A stretch of DNA of 64,000 nucleotides from Escherichia coli. Its GTDB lineage: Bacteria; Pseudomonadota; Gammaproteobacteria; Enterobacterales; Enterobacteriaceae. The position numbers and the translations under genes were made by a program. Of this stretch, positions 37,838 to 48,098 are shown piece after piece. Where the stretch lies: assembly GCA_002099625.1 (NCBI GenBank), contig GCA_002099625.1_4857.1. One strand, 5' to 3'. A model generated the notes under the pieces. The model did not search any database, was not told where the DNA came from, and worked only from the letters and a program-made list of their open reading frames with translations. Numbering within the stretch: the first letter of the stretch is position 1; each line of letters opens with the position of its first letter.

Positions 37838-40797
37838 TGACTACGAAAACGTACGACGCATTATCGAAAGACTTGCTACTGATGGCACATAACCCATCAG
37901 CAATGCAGTCATTAATGCTGAACCAGCTCCAAGACGTGCAGGACGCCGACGGGCAAATCCTGCTACGTGACCCGACCGACCCGGTGGTCTACATGACCGA
38001 AGTCGGAATTACGATGGGTCACACGATTATCCAGGGCGATCGGGACACCATTCCGAAAATGTTCCCCTCTATGGCACAAACTCACGACGATCTGTTTCGC
38101 CATATGTCTGACGTGGATTATGTCGATGTTTTTGCCCAGCCATCACAAGCGACCTTACTGTTGCTTCTAGATGTCGACTCTCTATTAGCGAAGGCGATGC
38201 CGTTAAACGTGGCAGGTATTCGTAAAGTCGTGATTCCACGGGATACCGTCTTTACTGTTTCAGGTTACAACTTTGCCATTCAGTATCCCATCGAAATTCG
38301 AGTGCTGCCGTATGGTACCGTTGATAATCCAGCCTTCCAGGTCTTGTGGATTACCGAAACCCAGTCACCGATATCGCCCGTAACCACTAACGCGTTGGAC
38401 TGGGAACTGACAAGTGTTCCTAGCACACCGTCGCAGATACTGGCTATCCGTATTCCGGTGATGCAGTACAGTGTAAAGGACGAGAACGATACGTTGTTGG
38501 GGCAGAACACGTTTGTGATGACGCGCACGTTCACCAACAAGTTCTTCTACGCACGGGTGTGGAATAAACCGTCCAATTCAAACACCTGGACAGAAATCCA
38601 CCACACGCACAGTCGTGACGTTTACGATCCAAACACACCTACGGCGCTGATTCAAGTCGTTAACCAATCCATTCGCTGTACGATACCGTCTATCTACATG
38701 GCGAAGAACCTGGTAAGTGGTGAAATCCGCATGGACGTATATACGACCATCGGGCCACTCGACCTCGACGTTTCTGCATTTCCGGCGGACGAATACACCT
38801 TCTCATTGCGCGACTTGAACGGTGAATACGACGCGGGATACATCAATCCGTTGAAATCATTCTCCATCAAAATGTTGGTTGCGGAAGAAGGCAGTTACGC
38901 CACCGGGGGGCGTACACAACTTTCGTTTGATGAGCTGCGTGACCGTGTGGTAAACAATGCAGTGGGGATTCGCAAACTGCCAGTAACAGAGAAACAGTTA
39001 GAAGCCACGGTATCGGATTACGGCCTGACCTTGTCCAAGCCGAACGATTACGTAACTGGGCGTACTTACTTCCTGACTGCGCCGATGCCGGAGTCCACGT
39101 TATCTAAAGTGAGTTCCCCTATCGGGACCATCACCGCCCCGCTGTACTTTAGCTGGGATGAACTGGTGAAACTGCCGACGGTCCGTATTAACGGCAACCG
39201 TTTGACGATTGAGCCGGATACGCTGTATCGCTTCACGGATACCAGTCTGCAAATCGATGCGGAGATGACCATCCTTGCGAAGACCATGCGTAAAGAAGAT
39301 TTGGTTAACGCGGGTAACACTAACCGTTACCTGTTCACGCCGTTCCATTACGTGGTGGACATTAACAACAAATCTTGCGATGTTCGTATTTACCAACTCG
39401 ATAAACCGCAGTTGAACTCAAAACGTTTCGTTAGCACCAACGTGACAACGGAGCTGAGTGTTGTCACTGCAGATTATCAGATTGAGAAAACGAGCGAAGG
39501 TTATATCCTGCGCACTGTGACTAAGTCAGAACCGCCATACCAGGCGTTAAGTGATGACCAAGTCTTTGCACAGATTTCCTTCTCGCCACGCAACGCAGAC
39601 GGTAAGTTGGCGTACATCAACGGCACCTTAGTGGGTCGTCAAGGTTCGGAGCGTGTATGGGAATTCTTGTTGAAAACCAATCTCGATGTTGACCGTAACG
39701 ATGAGCTGATTATCAACAACACCCGAATCACCACCGAAGTGGATGTGGACACACCTGCACCGTTGTTAACCGAGTATAACGTGTTCTACGGCTGTACGGG
39801 TTACTACCCCGGTAATTACGAACGCGCTGAAATGGATACAATGATTGTACCGCCTGCACGCGATGGTATTGGGATTACTCATGAGATTTTCAAAATCGAG
39901 CTGGGTAAAGCCATGTCCTATTACTGGCGAAAAGCACGTGCAGTAACAGACAGCATCAACTACGAATACTACCAGAAGGATGTTCTGGCGTATTGGGAAA
40001 AGGATGTTATTAAAACCAAAGACGATGGTGTAACGCCTGAGTATACGTACGACCCTAATGCTGTTCCACCGTTGCAAATCACGTACCTGCATCGCAAAGG
40101 CGATCCGAAAATAGACCCGGCCACCGGTGAACAAGAAATCGCACACCACGTTGGGGAGCAAATCTTCGACGGGAACGGTCAGCCTATTATTGCGAAGCCG
40201 CGCAGTATTAAGTTCCGTAGTGAAATGGCTGTCTTTGATGCCCGTTATAAGTTCGCAACCACGAAAGCGGTTAAAACGTACCTTGATAGCGTAATTGACA
40301 ACATCATCAACTATGTTACGGTGGTACTGCCTAATCTGAAACCGCTGCTGTTGGAGCAAACTGAAGGCTTCTTTGTTCCTATCACCACGATGGGTTATAT
40401 CGACGTACGTACCGAAGACGGGGTTGTGTCACCACTGCCTGCTGAAAACCAGTTCACTGTCAAATATTACCTCACGGCAGCGAACCGCGCAAACAGCGAG
40501 CTTCTGGCACAAATCCGGAAACGGACTTCGCAAGTCATTAACGATTATCTGTCAACACATCTGACCGTTTCAGCAACCGAGATTGGTAATGCGCTACGCA
40601 CCACGCTTAACGATGCCATTATCGGTGTTGAACTCGACGACATGGGGCCAGATAAAGACCTGCGACTGTTCACTGTCATCACCGAAGCGGCACGTGCCAC
40701 GATTGGTAAGAAGCTCGATATCGAAGCCAATGGCGACATCGGTTTGAAAGATGACATCGTACTGTCGTACAACCGTCACGATACCGAAAAAGAATAA
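37837..40797 (+). CDS. hypothetical large protein (986 aa), possibly virion structural
   Basis: Long ORF ATGA-coupled to the upstream gene; followed by a strong bidirectional terminator; no motif recognised. Confidence 0.6.
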   Translation: MTTKTYDALSKDLLLMAHNPSAMQSLMLNQLQDVQDADGQILLRDPTDPVVYMTEVGITMGHTIIQGDRDTIPKMFPSMAQTHDDLFRHMSDVDYVDVFAQPSQATLLLLLDVDSLLAKAMPLNVAGIRKVVIPRDTVFTVSGYNFAIQYPIEIRVLPYGTVDNPAFQVLWITETQSPISPVTTNALDWELTSVPSTPSQILAIRIPVMQYSVKDENDTLLGQNTFVMTRTFTNKFFYARVWNKPSNSNTWTEIHHTHSRDVYDPNTPTALIQVVNQSIRCTIPSIYMAKNLVSGEIRMDVYTTIGPLDLDVSAFPADEYTFSLRDLNGEYDAGYINPLKSFSIKMLVAEEGSYATGGRTQLSFDELRDRVVNNAVGIRKLPVTEKQLEATVSDYGLTLSKPNDYVTGRTYFLTAPMPESTLSKVSSPIGTITAPLYFSWDELVKLPTVRINGNRLTIEPDTLYRFTDTSLQIDAEMTILAKTMRKEDLVNAGNTNRYLFTPFHYVVDINNKSCDVRIYQLDKPQLNSKRFVSTNVTTELSVVTADYQIEKTSEGYILRTVTKSEPPYQALSDDQVFAQISFSPRNADGKLAYINGTLVGRQGSERVWEFLLKTNLDVDRNDELIINNTRITTEVDVDTPAPLLTEYNVFYGCTGYYPGNYERAEMDTMIVPPARDGIGITHEIFKIELGKAMSYYWRKARAVTDSINYEYYQKDVLAYWEKDVIKTKDDGVTPEYTYDPNAVPPLQITYLHRKGDPKIDPATGEQEIAHHVGEQIFDGNGQPIIAKPRSIKFRSEMAVFDARYKFATTKAVKTYLDSVIDNIINYVTVVLPNLKPLLLEQTEGFFVPITTMGYIDVRTEDGVVSPLPAENQFTVKYYLTAANRANSELLAQIRKRTSQVINDYLSTHLTVSATEIGNALRTTLNDAIIGVELDDMGPDKDLRLFTVITEAARATIGKKLDIEANGDIGLKDDIVLSYNRHDTEKE

Positions 40798-40843
40798 AAA
40801 GCACTACCCTCTCCTTCGGGAGAGGGTAGCCTTTTATTTTATT
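40793..40843. terminator. bidirectional intrinsic terminator between convergent genes
   Basis: Hairpin CTACCCTCTCC-ttcg-GGAGAGGGTAG (40804-40829) with CTTTTATTTTATTC downstream and an A-run upstream. Confidence 0.7.
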
Positions 40844-42572
40844 CGCCGTCAAGCATGTTTTTGCGATTATTGCCTTTCACCAACGGGTTACGTTTGGCCA
40901 GGTTCAGTATCGTCTGCAGTGTAGCGGCAGCACCGCAACAACGACGCACCAACGACAGGTTACGTCGCAAGCCGACGAAGAGGTCTTCATCCCCGTCTGG
41001 GGAGAATAACACCATCGAGAGTTCACGACCGTCGGTACGCAGGCCAGAAGGCTGATTAAGCTCATTCATGATGACTTCGCTAATCAGGTTAACGTATTCA
41101 ACGTTATCCTTGGTTGCTTTCTGGAACTGCTCCAACACTTTAATCGTGTTGTTAACCGCCTTATCCAGCGCACTGTAACGATTCAGGTTAGTCGCAGCGG
41201 TGTCGTTGGTAAAGCCTTGTTTACCTAACGTTACCACTACAGCCAGCAACTCACGTTCGTCACCAACCGATAACGTGCCTGCCTGGCGCATTTGCTCTAA
41301 GCACTCGCGTCCCAAGAACGCAGATGCTTGTGCGTTGACCAATACCTTACCAGGCACGAAGTCCACACCATCATCATGACCCACTAAACCACGAACTTTG
41401 TTTTCTGGGATAACGACCAAAGGTGCAGTAGCGTATTCGAATCCTTTGCGGGAAACGTCGCTGATGATGAAGTTCATCGTGGTGTTCAGCTGCGCTAACG
41501 CCTGACCGAAAATAAGCGCGGTGTCGTGTGCTGCTTTGTTAACTTGCTTACCGTTGTGCGTGGTGGTTGAACCTTGCTGATTCTTAAAACCTTCGGCGAC
41601 GCTTGGGTCAATCATCGCTTTAAAGGCACTCTGGAGCGAGCCAAAGTAGCCGATAAGTTCGCTGGCAACATTCGACATCTGATGGAAGTTCAACAGGTTC
41701 GGAATACGCACACCGGCTTCGCGAGCAGACTTCGGTAACGCCTGCCAGGCTTTCTTACCCACTTCAATCGGGTAGATACCGTACGTCACGTTATGTTGTA
41801 ACAGGGTATCTAACAGATCGTGAATAACCTGCTGGCTTGACTGACGTTTCTTAGTGTAGCCTTTGAACAACTCAGTGAACGGCGAACGACCCAGTGCGCT
41901 GCTCAAGTCGTTCAGATACTCTTCCGCGTTCATGTTCGTAAACACTTCGTCGGCCATCGCGATAGCCAAGTTCAGGTTTTCCAGGTCACGACCTTTCAGA
42001 CCCTTAGAGGCTTCGATGTATGCATCTTTCACTGCGCTGATTTTCAGCTGACCGATGATAGTGTTTTCGGTCTGGGAGAAACTCTCTGCTTTTTCGCCGA
42101 CTTTCTCAGCGTAACCTTCGCCGTCGAATTCGCCATTACCAGCAAACCCGTTACCATTGCTGATAATCCAACCGATGATTTTGATAATCGCGGTCATGAT
42201 TAACACAACCAATCCCACTTTACCTGCATTTGCCCAGGATTCGAGCGCAACAATAGTCTCTTTCTGGTGCGTGCGGGTATAGTTCGAGGTCAGGATTTTG
42301 CGAACGGCTTCGGGAATTGTACCTGGGCGAGAAGATTCAACCGCGACGGCGACATCTTTCGACAGACCTGCGCGACGAACTTCGTCAAGAATCGCTTCAA
42401 TTTGCAGAATCAGTCGAGAGCCGTAGATTAAGTCGGCTTCGTTGCGTTGCATGTACAGATTGAGCTGGTTGACAGAATCAATACGCTCGGCCATACGTGA
42501 ACGCAGGACTTCACCGATCTCCCCCAAACGCCATTTGGGGTGGGTGGCGTTACCTGTCATTTCCATGCTCAT
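40839..42572 (-). CDS. hypothetical protein with one predicted transmembrane helix (577 aa)
   Basis: Long ORF; hydrophobic segment VGLVVLIMTAIIKIIGWII. Confidence 0.55.
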   Translation of the reverse strand: MSMEMTGNATHPKWRLGEIGEVLRSRMAERIDSVNQLNLYMQRNEADLIYGSRLILQIEAILDEVRRAGLSKDVAVAVESSRPGTIPEAVRKILTSNYTRTHQKETIVALESWANAGKVGLVVLIMTAIIKIIGWIISNGNGFAGNGEFDGEGYAEKVGEKAESFSQTENTIIGQLKISAVKDAYIEASKGLKGRDLENLNLAIAMADEVFTNMNAEEYLNDLSSALGRSPFTELFKGYTKKRQSSQQVIHDLLDTLLQHNVTYGIYPIEVGKKAWQALPKSAREAGVRIPNLLNFHQMSNVASELIGYFGSLQSAFKAMIDPSVAEGFKNQQGSTTTHNGKQVNKAAHDTALIFGQALAQLNTTMNFIISDVSRKGFEYATAPLVVIPENKVRGLVGHDDGVDFVPGKVLVNAQASAFLGRECLEQMRQAGTLSVGDERELLAVVVTLGKQGFTNDTAATNLNRYSALDKAVNNTIKVLEQFQKATKDNVEYVNLISEVIMNELNQPSGLRTDGRELSMVLFSPDGDEDLFVGLRRNLSLVRRCCGAAATLQTILNLAKRNPLVKGNNRKNMLDGE

Positions 42573-43012
42573 GAAATTTGCCCTTTCAATTCTGCCATGT
42601 AGAAACCAACCACTTCCATAAAGCGGCTAATCCACAGACCGACGGTTTCCCAGATATCTTCCCCGAGTGCCTGGTTGAAAATCTCACGAACTGAGAAACT
42701 TTCCAGAGCTTTAGCGCCACCATACACGTTGCAGTAACGATTGCAGTACAGACCCACGGTCATGTCCTCAATCACGCCCAAATCAACACAGTACAGCTCG
42801 TTAACGTCAGAGACGATGTTACGCATTACCGGACGTAAAAACGTCCCAGCGGCCTCTGCAGCGCCATATTGGCCATTATCAGCCAGTACCGCGTTATACG
42901 CCAGTGAGAAAGCAACCAGGCCGGTCAAAGCACGTTGGGCGTGTACACCTTTCCCTTCGTTGGTACGTTTGAAATCCAGTACCAGGTTATTTAAAGAAAC
43001 TTTATGCGTCAT
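42569..43012 (-). CDS. hypothetical protein
   Basis: 147-aa ORF, ATGA-coupled. Confidence 0.5.
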   Translation of the reverse strand: MTHKVSLNNLVLDFKRTNEGKGVHAQRALTGLVAFSLAYNAVLADNGQYGAAEAAGTFLRPVMRNIVSDVNELYCVDLGVIEDMTVGLYCNRYCNVYGGAKALESFSVREIFNQALGEDIWETVGLWISRFMEVVGFYMAELKGQIS

Positions 43013-43027
43013 GTTAAGTACCCTTAC

Positions 43028-44380
43028 TTAGGAAGAAGTCGCCTGACTAAGCTTCGCAGAAGCCACACGCAGGTCATTAGAAAGATAGCGTTCCATCGTA
43101 CGCTGATAATCCACCCCAGCACGTTCACGACGACCACCAGGGGTCAACGTTTTCATGATGAAGCTAAAGACGTTGTCTTTGTCTTTCACGGTTTTCAGTA
43201 ATTCGTCGATAGACGCAATGCCCTGCAGAATACGTTTACGATGTTCGTTCGCTTCTTTCGTGGTGCTACCTTTTAAGGTGTTCAGCTCCTCCACTAAGTT
43301 ACGACGCATCGTCTCAAAACGTTCCTGCGGCGGATCGTAGATGGTGTTGCGTGGGTCGTTCACAATCAGGCCGAACGCGACTGAGATAGTCGTGAAGAAC
43401 AGGCCGACTGGGTTGGACGATGCCACAATCAGCAGCGAAACGTTAAGCATTTCCAGCATCAGATGCACACCGTAGTTCATGTACGACGCGTTCCGGCAGA
43501 GATAGAATTGAGACGTTTCGATTTTGTACAGGGCTGACGCCAGGTACGGGGCTGCACCAAAGCGAGCTGCGAAGTCATCTGCAGCACGTTCCCAGGTACG
43601 GTTAGCGAACCCTTCCGAACCGGTAACAAACGGACGCTCAAGCAGAATGTCTGTCACCAGATGCATGTAGATGTTCTCTTTAGACATCTCTTTGCAGATA
43701 GTTTCCGGCTGATTCACTTTGGTGTTCAGCATACGTTCAACGTCTTTTACGACTTTCAAACGCACAGTCGGGTCTTCGGTTTGCATCATGCGGTTCGCTG
43801 CAGCATCCGCAATCAGGTTCGTTACTACCGTACGCATCAAGGTACGGAAATAGTAATAGACGTGGCCGACTTCATGTAGAATAATCGCCGCGACTTCTAA
43901 ATCCGTTAACTCGATACCGGTCAGTAGTTTCGGGGTCAGCCAAAGTGGGGACGGCACCTTGCTGAGTTCGCCTGAAAGCTTCGCATTTTTATCGTCGAAC
44001 TCGCCGTTCAGCTCGTTCTCTTTTAAGAACTTACTGTAGACATCCAGGTCGGTGTTGCCCTGCACCATCTTGCGTTGCAGGTCGGCGATGATTGGGTTGT
44101 TCGCGTCGAGCTTCGGTGGCTCCACACCCGCAAACACAACGTCCGCCACACCTAAGTCGGACCCGTTACGAGGCAGGACTGTAATACCGTTGTTGTCAAA
44201 GACCCAGGCAGCAATACCAGAACTCTGATAACCCGCTGGCGAGAAGTCGCCCGCATCACGGAACTTACGTACCACTTCCGCCAAAGAGGCGAGTTTCTTT
44301 TTATCTTGGAATCCGATGGACTCCGAGGCCACGGCTTTCGCGTCGGCCAACGAGGTTATGTGCTTTTGCCAGTGTCCCAT
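43028..44380 (-). CDS. HExxH zinc-metallopeptidase-like protein
   Basis: 450-aa ORF containing AAIILHEVGHVYYY (HExxH in a hydrophobic helix context); the third zinc ligand was not identified. Confidence 0.45.
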   Translation of the reverse strand: MGHWQKHITSLADAKAVASESIGFQDKKKLASLAEVVRKFRDAGDFSPAGYQSSGIAAWVFDNNGITVLPRNGSDLGVADVVFAGVEPPKLDANNPIIADLQRKMVQGNTDLDVYSKFLKENELNGEFDDKNAKLSGELSKVPSPLWLTPKLLTGIELTDLEVAAIILHEVGHVYYYFRTLMRTVVTNLIADAAANRMMQTEDPTVRLKVVKDVERMLNTKVNQPETICKEMSKENIYMHLVTDILLERPFVTGSEGFANRTWERAADDFAARFGAAPYLASALYKIETSQFYLCRNASYMNYGVHLMLEMLNVSLLIVASSNPVGLFFTTISVAFGLIVNDPRNTIYDPPQERFETMRRNLVEELNTLKGSTTKEANEHRKRILQGIASIDELLKTVKDKDNVFSFIMKTLTPGGRRERAGVDYQRTMERYLSNDLRVASAKLSQATSS

Positions 44381-44450
44381 TTAGACGTTCCTTTTAGAAA
44401 ATACGTTACCCACAAATCAGTATAGCAGACACCATATTTGAGAGTAGACC

Positions 44451-46235
44451 ATGGAAATCAATACCTATTACGCACCCGAGGATGTCATCGCTAAAGAGTG
44501 CAAGCACGTCGCTTATGCGACGGACGAAGAAAAAGAAAATGACTTTGTCCTCATCAAAGAGGTCATCCATACTAAGGATGGCAGGCTTATCCCGCGCTTG
44601 GTAATGCGTGAGAATTTAAAGCGTCCGGTGTACGTTACCCGTGAAGAATATCGTAACCACCAGGAGAAAAAAGAGTTCGAAGAAAAAGGAAAATGTCAAG
44701 AACTCTGGACTACTGATGCGCAGATGGCGAAGACGTTGCAGATGGGTTTAGGTGCGCGTTTCCCTGACCCGAAAAAGAACCTGCGGCGTGTTTGTACTAG
44801 CCCGTACGTTTATTGGGCCGACTTACCGATTACCAGCTGGATTAAACAGAAATACTTAAAACGCTGGCCGAACAACATCAGTCCTAACCGTCTTTGCGTA
44901 TACGACGTGGAGACCAACGAAAAGGACGGCACGAAGGAACCCTGGATCGTGTCATTTATCTTAGATGATGAAATCCATTTCTTTGGTGCTAAGAACTATA
45001 TGGACCGTATCGGTAAAAACGCGGAAGAAGTCATTCTCAAAAAAGCACAGGAACTGTTAAGCAAAATCGAGTTCGACGAGAAAGACAAAAAGACTGGCGA
45101 GAAGGTGACAAAGACCAAAGACATTATCAGTGGTTATAAAATCTTCACCTATACCTGCGCTACAGCAGGGCAGTGTATCGTCAGGATGTTCGAAGAGATT
45201 CATCCGCGTCTTCCTGATTTGCTGGTCGCATGGAACCACCAGTTCGATATTTCACGCATGTTAGAAACCTTGCAGAAAGAAGGTATCGATCCGCTGGGTG
45301 TCTTTAACCATCCGGATGTGCCGGAGAAATACCGTCGTCTGTGGTTTAAAGAAGACCAGGCGAACAAAAAGACGGAATCCAAGTCACTCACCAAAGCACC
45401 GTCTCAACAGTGGCACGTACTCTACTGTACTGCGTCTTTCTACTGTGTGGATGCCATGGTGCTGTTTCGTTCGTTGCGTGTCCACGAAGGGCAACGTCCT
45501 TCGTACAAGTTATCTGCCATACTGTACACCGAACTCGGTTTACACAAACTCGACATTCCTGGACTGCCGTATGAAGATAACCTGCAATGGCACATAAAAG
45601 CACAACGGGACTACCCTGCCGAATATGCCGTATACAACATGATGGATAACTTGTTAATCGTGTTGCTGGATAAGAAGACGAACGACCTGTCTTCAGCAAT
45701 ATCCATTCTGGCAGGTTTCTCAATGTACGATATCTTCCCGTCGCTACCAAAACGTATCTGCGTGGCCTTTACCTATTATCTGTATGACAAAGGATACGTC
45801 ATCGGTTCCGTAGGGTCTGCAATGCGTAACGATTACGATGAAGAGGTTATCGGTACAGACGGTTGGATTGTTACCCTGACGGCATGTATGAATGCTGAGA
45901 ACGGTCTGAATAACATTCTGGAGGAGATTGACGAATATTACTCTGCGTTCCGTGGTCAAACTGCGGATGCGGACTTAACCCAGGCTTACCCATCGGCCAC
46001 AAACATGATGAACCAGTCTCGTGAGACCACACTCATTGAGCTGCTATCCATCAATGGGGTTAGTGAAGAGATTCGACGTCGCACGGGCGTCAACTTAACT
46101 GCTGGGCGAGTTAATGCCATGGAAATAGCGACAGACTTCTTCTGCTTACCGGACAAAGACACTGTCCTGTCTACGTTCTTACGTAAGCAAGGGGAAGTAG
46201 TGACAGAGCCTATGGAGTACATCTGCGGGTTCTAA
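44451..46235 (+). CDS. DnaQ-like 3'-5' exonuclease domain protein, probable N-terminal fragment of a split family-B DNA polymerase
   Basis: Exo I LCVYDVETNE (D-x-E), Exo II AWNHQFDISRM (N-x2-3-FD), Exo III YAVYNMMDNL (Y-x3-D) in the correct order and spacing; no clear polymerase motifs A/B/C in this 594-aa ORF. Confidence 0.6.
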   Translation: MEINTYYAPEDVIAKECKHVAYATDEEKENDFVLIKEVIHTKDGRLIPRLVMRENLKRPVYVTREEYRNHQEKKEFEEKGKCQELWTTDAQMAKTLQMGLGARFPDPKKNLRRVCTSPYVYWADLPITSWIKQKYLKRWPNNISPNRLCVYDVETNEKDGTKEPWIVSFILDDEIHFFGAKNYMDRIGKNAEEVILKKAQELLSKIEFDEKDKKTGEKVTKTKDIISGYKIFTYTCATAGQCIVRMFEEIHPRLPDLLVAWNHQFDISRMLETLQKEGIDPLGVFNHPDVPEKYRRLWFKEDQANKKTESKSLTKAPSQQWHVLYCTASFYCVDAMVLFRSLRVHEGQRPSYKLSAILYTELGLHKLDIPGLPYEDNLQWHIKAQRDYPAEYAVYNMMDNLLIVLLDKKTNDLSSAISILAGFSMYDIFPSLPKRICVAFTYYLYDKGYVIGSVGSAMRNDYDEEVIGTDGWIVTLTACMNAENGLNNILEEIDEYYSAFRGQTADADLTQAYPSATNMMNQSRETTLIELLSINGVSEEIRRRTGVNLTAGRVNAMEIATDFFCLPDKDTVLSTFLRKQGEVVTEPMEYICGF

Positions 46236-46287
46236 AACAAAAAAAAGAAAGGCCTCTCTACCCTAGGGTAGAGAGGTACTTTTATTT
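46236..46287. terminator. bidirectional intrinsic terminator between convergent genes
   Basis: Hairpin CCTCTCTACC-ctag-GGTAGAGAGG (46253-46276) with TACTTTTATTT downstream and AAAACAAAAAAAAGAAA upstream. Confidence 0.7.
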
Positions 46288-46786
46288 AGCCGCCGAAGGC
46301 GTGCATAACCAGCGAACGCAGGTCCGGGTCGTTCAAGCGACGGGCCAGGCGGTCAACGTCGTTGGTATCACGGAAACGGCCTTTATCGGCGCAACGTGCG
46401 TAACGAATCAGCATGTTAATAAAGATAACGAAGACTTCACGTTCGTCACGATTCGGGAAGTTCTCACTGATACGGTTATTAGCAGCCGGTGCGTAGAAAA
46501 TACCGTTACGGTGCTTATTAGCCGCTTCTACAAAGGCGTAGAAACCATCCAGGAAGGCCTGACCGCGCAGTTTAAACAGCTCACGGAAAGAGTGATGCAG
46601 CTTATTATACGCATCTTTCTCAGCCTGGGTACCAGATGGTTTACGTGGGCCGGCATTGTTACCTGCTTCATCGAGCATCGTGGTGATCAGTTTAACACGA
46701 TATTGGTCGTCGTTGCTGTAAGAAGCGCTATCACGGACCACGCCTTCTGTACGCGGGTCAAGGGTAGTAGTGTCTTTCTTAGTCAT
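46286..46786 (-). CDS. hypothetical protein
   Basis: Track ORF starts at 46861 and overlaps the upstream gene by 62 nt; the ATG at 46786 (MTKKDTTTLDPRT...) is the likelier start. Confidence 0.45.
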   Translation of the reverse strand: MTKKDTTTLDPRTEGVVRDSASYSNDDQYRVKLITTMLDEAGNNAGPRKPSGTQAEKDAYNKLHHSFRELFKLRGQAFLDGFYAFVEAANKHRNGIFYAPAANNRISENFPNRDEREVFVIFINMLIRYARCADKGRFRDTNDVDRLARRLNDPDLRSLVMHAFGG

Positions 46787-46799
46787 GAGGAAACAATCC

Positions 46800-48098
46800 T
46801 TAGGTGATGTGGAATTTAGGGATGTACTCTTTAACCACGGTTTCACGACCGTGCATCGCACCCATTGCAGTGGTCATAACGTTCGAGAAGCCGGAAGAGA
46901 TATCCGCAGCGATTGCCCGTGGCTCTTCTGCTTTGTGTGCAGAGGCGCACGCCGCACAACAGTCTACGTGACCTTGCTGACATAAGATGGGTCGGCGGAG
47001 TCGAACAACTTTACCAAATTGAGTTTTCAAATACTCTTCAGTAAGTTGGGTAACTTTACCGTTAATCATCGCGTTCATGCCAACATAACGCTTGTAGTTA
47101 TACTGGTTAATTACAAGTGCATGTGTCAGTTTTGTCCCGCAATCTCCAGGCACGATTTTGTGGTTCTGGAAGATCATCTGGATGATACGTACTTGCTCCC
47201 CGCCCTTGGCAGTTTCTGCACCACGCATGAAGGAACCTTCTCGCGTATCATTGAATTTCTCTACCAGATACTTCATCCCGGTCTGATCAACTTCCATCAG
47301 ACTCGTTGGGATTAAGGTAAAATCTGCCCCTTCTTTAAAAGCGGTCTGAATACCGTACATCAGCATCAGCTTACGGCGACGCATACGCGCTTTAGGCGAG
47401 CTGTAGAACTCAACGGACTGGTCGCCACTCAACCACTCTTTATCAAGTTCGTCGAGAGCTTTTTCAATCATAACGATAACCGCAGGGTTATCCAGCTCGT
47501 CTTTATGCTTCAACAGCAACGCATCACGTACCTTATACGCGTCAGGATGCGTTGTAAGGCTTCTAATAGTACCGGTTGGGGCTATCCCACGACACAACGG
47601 GGCAAGCTCGTGTAGACCCCCTACAAAGCGTCCTATCATGTATGGTCGAATCGCGTCTTCGTTGTCTGGATCGGTGTCATCATATTCCACACAACGTTCG
47701 TACATCTCTTTACGGTAGGCTAGCGGGTCACGAGACTCTGCCAGATACGGGAGACGGGTACCGAAAGCGTAATAGATAGCAATCCAGTTAAAGACATAGC
47801 GACCCACGGTAGTCGGAATAGGACCAGCTAAACCTGGGTACATCTCAGGACGCAATTCAAACTGCTCTTCCGGCACGAACAGCTCTTCATCTTTTTTGCA
47901 CCCTTCAATCGGCACCCACTTGGTTTCTTCGTTTTCCCAGTAATGGGGCAAGCCGTCAATGTAGTTCAGGTCGTATTGCTCAGGTGGCTCACCTTTTTCA
48001 TTAAAGATAGCCACGTTGAAAACCGCAATACGCCACACCAGTCTACGCCAAGCTTCTGCTTTACACGCAGCGACCAGATAATCAATCTTGTTCATCAT
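46800..48098 (-). CDS. hypothetical protein with Cys-rich C-terminal cluster (432 aa)
   Basis: Long ORF; C-terminal CQQGHVDCCAACASAHK suggests a metal-binding site. Confidence 0.55.
   Translation of the reverse strand: MMNKIDYLVAACKAEAWRRLVWRIAVFNVAIFNEKGEPPEQYDLNYIDGLPHYWENEETKWVPIEGCKKDEELFVPEEQFELRPEMYPGLAGPIPTTVGRYVFNWIAIYYAFGTRLPYLAESRDPLAYRKEMYERCVEYDDTDPDNEDAIRPYMIGRFVGGLHELAPLCRGIAPTGTIRSLTTHPDAYKVRDALLLKHKDELDNPAVIVMIEKALDELDKEWLSGDQSVEFYSSPKARMRRRKLMLMYGIQTAFKEGADFTLIPTSLMEVDQTGMKYLVEKFNDTREGSFMRGAETAKGGEQVRIIQMIFQNHKIVPGDCGTKLTHALVINQYNYKRYVGMNAMINGKVTQLTEEYLKTQFGKVVRLRRPILCQQGHVDCCAACASAHKAEEPRAIAADISSGFSNVMTTAMGAMHGRETVVKEYIPKFHIT

Noticed and set aside
45640-45760. Possible polymerase motif A (YDIFPSL) in the exonuclease-domain protein
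   Set aside because: Only a partial resemblance to DxxSLYPS and no motifs B or C follow; treated as chance.
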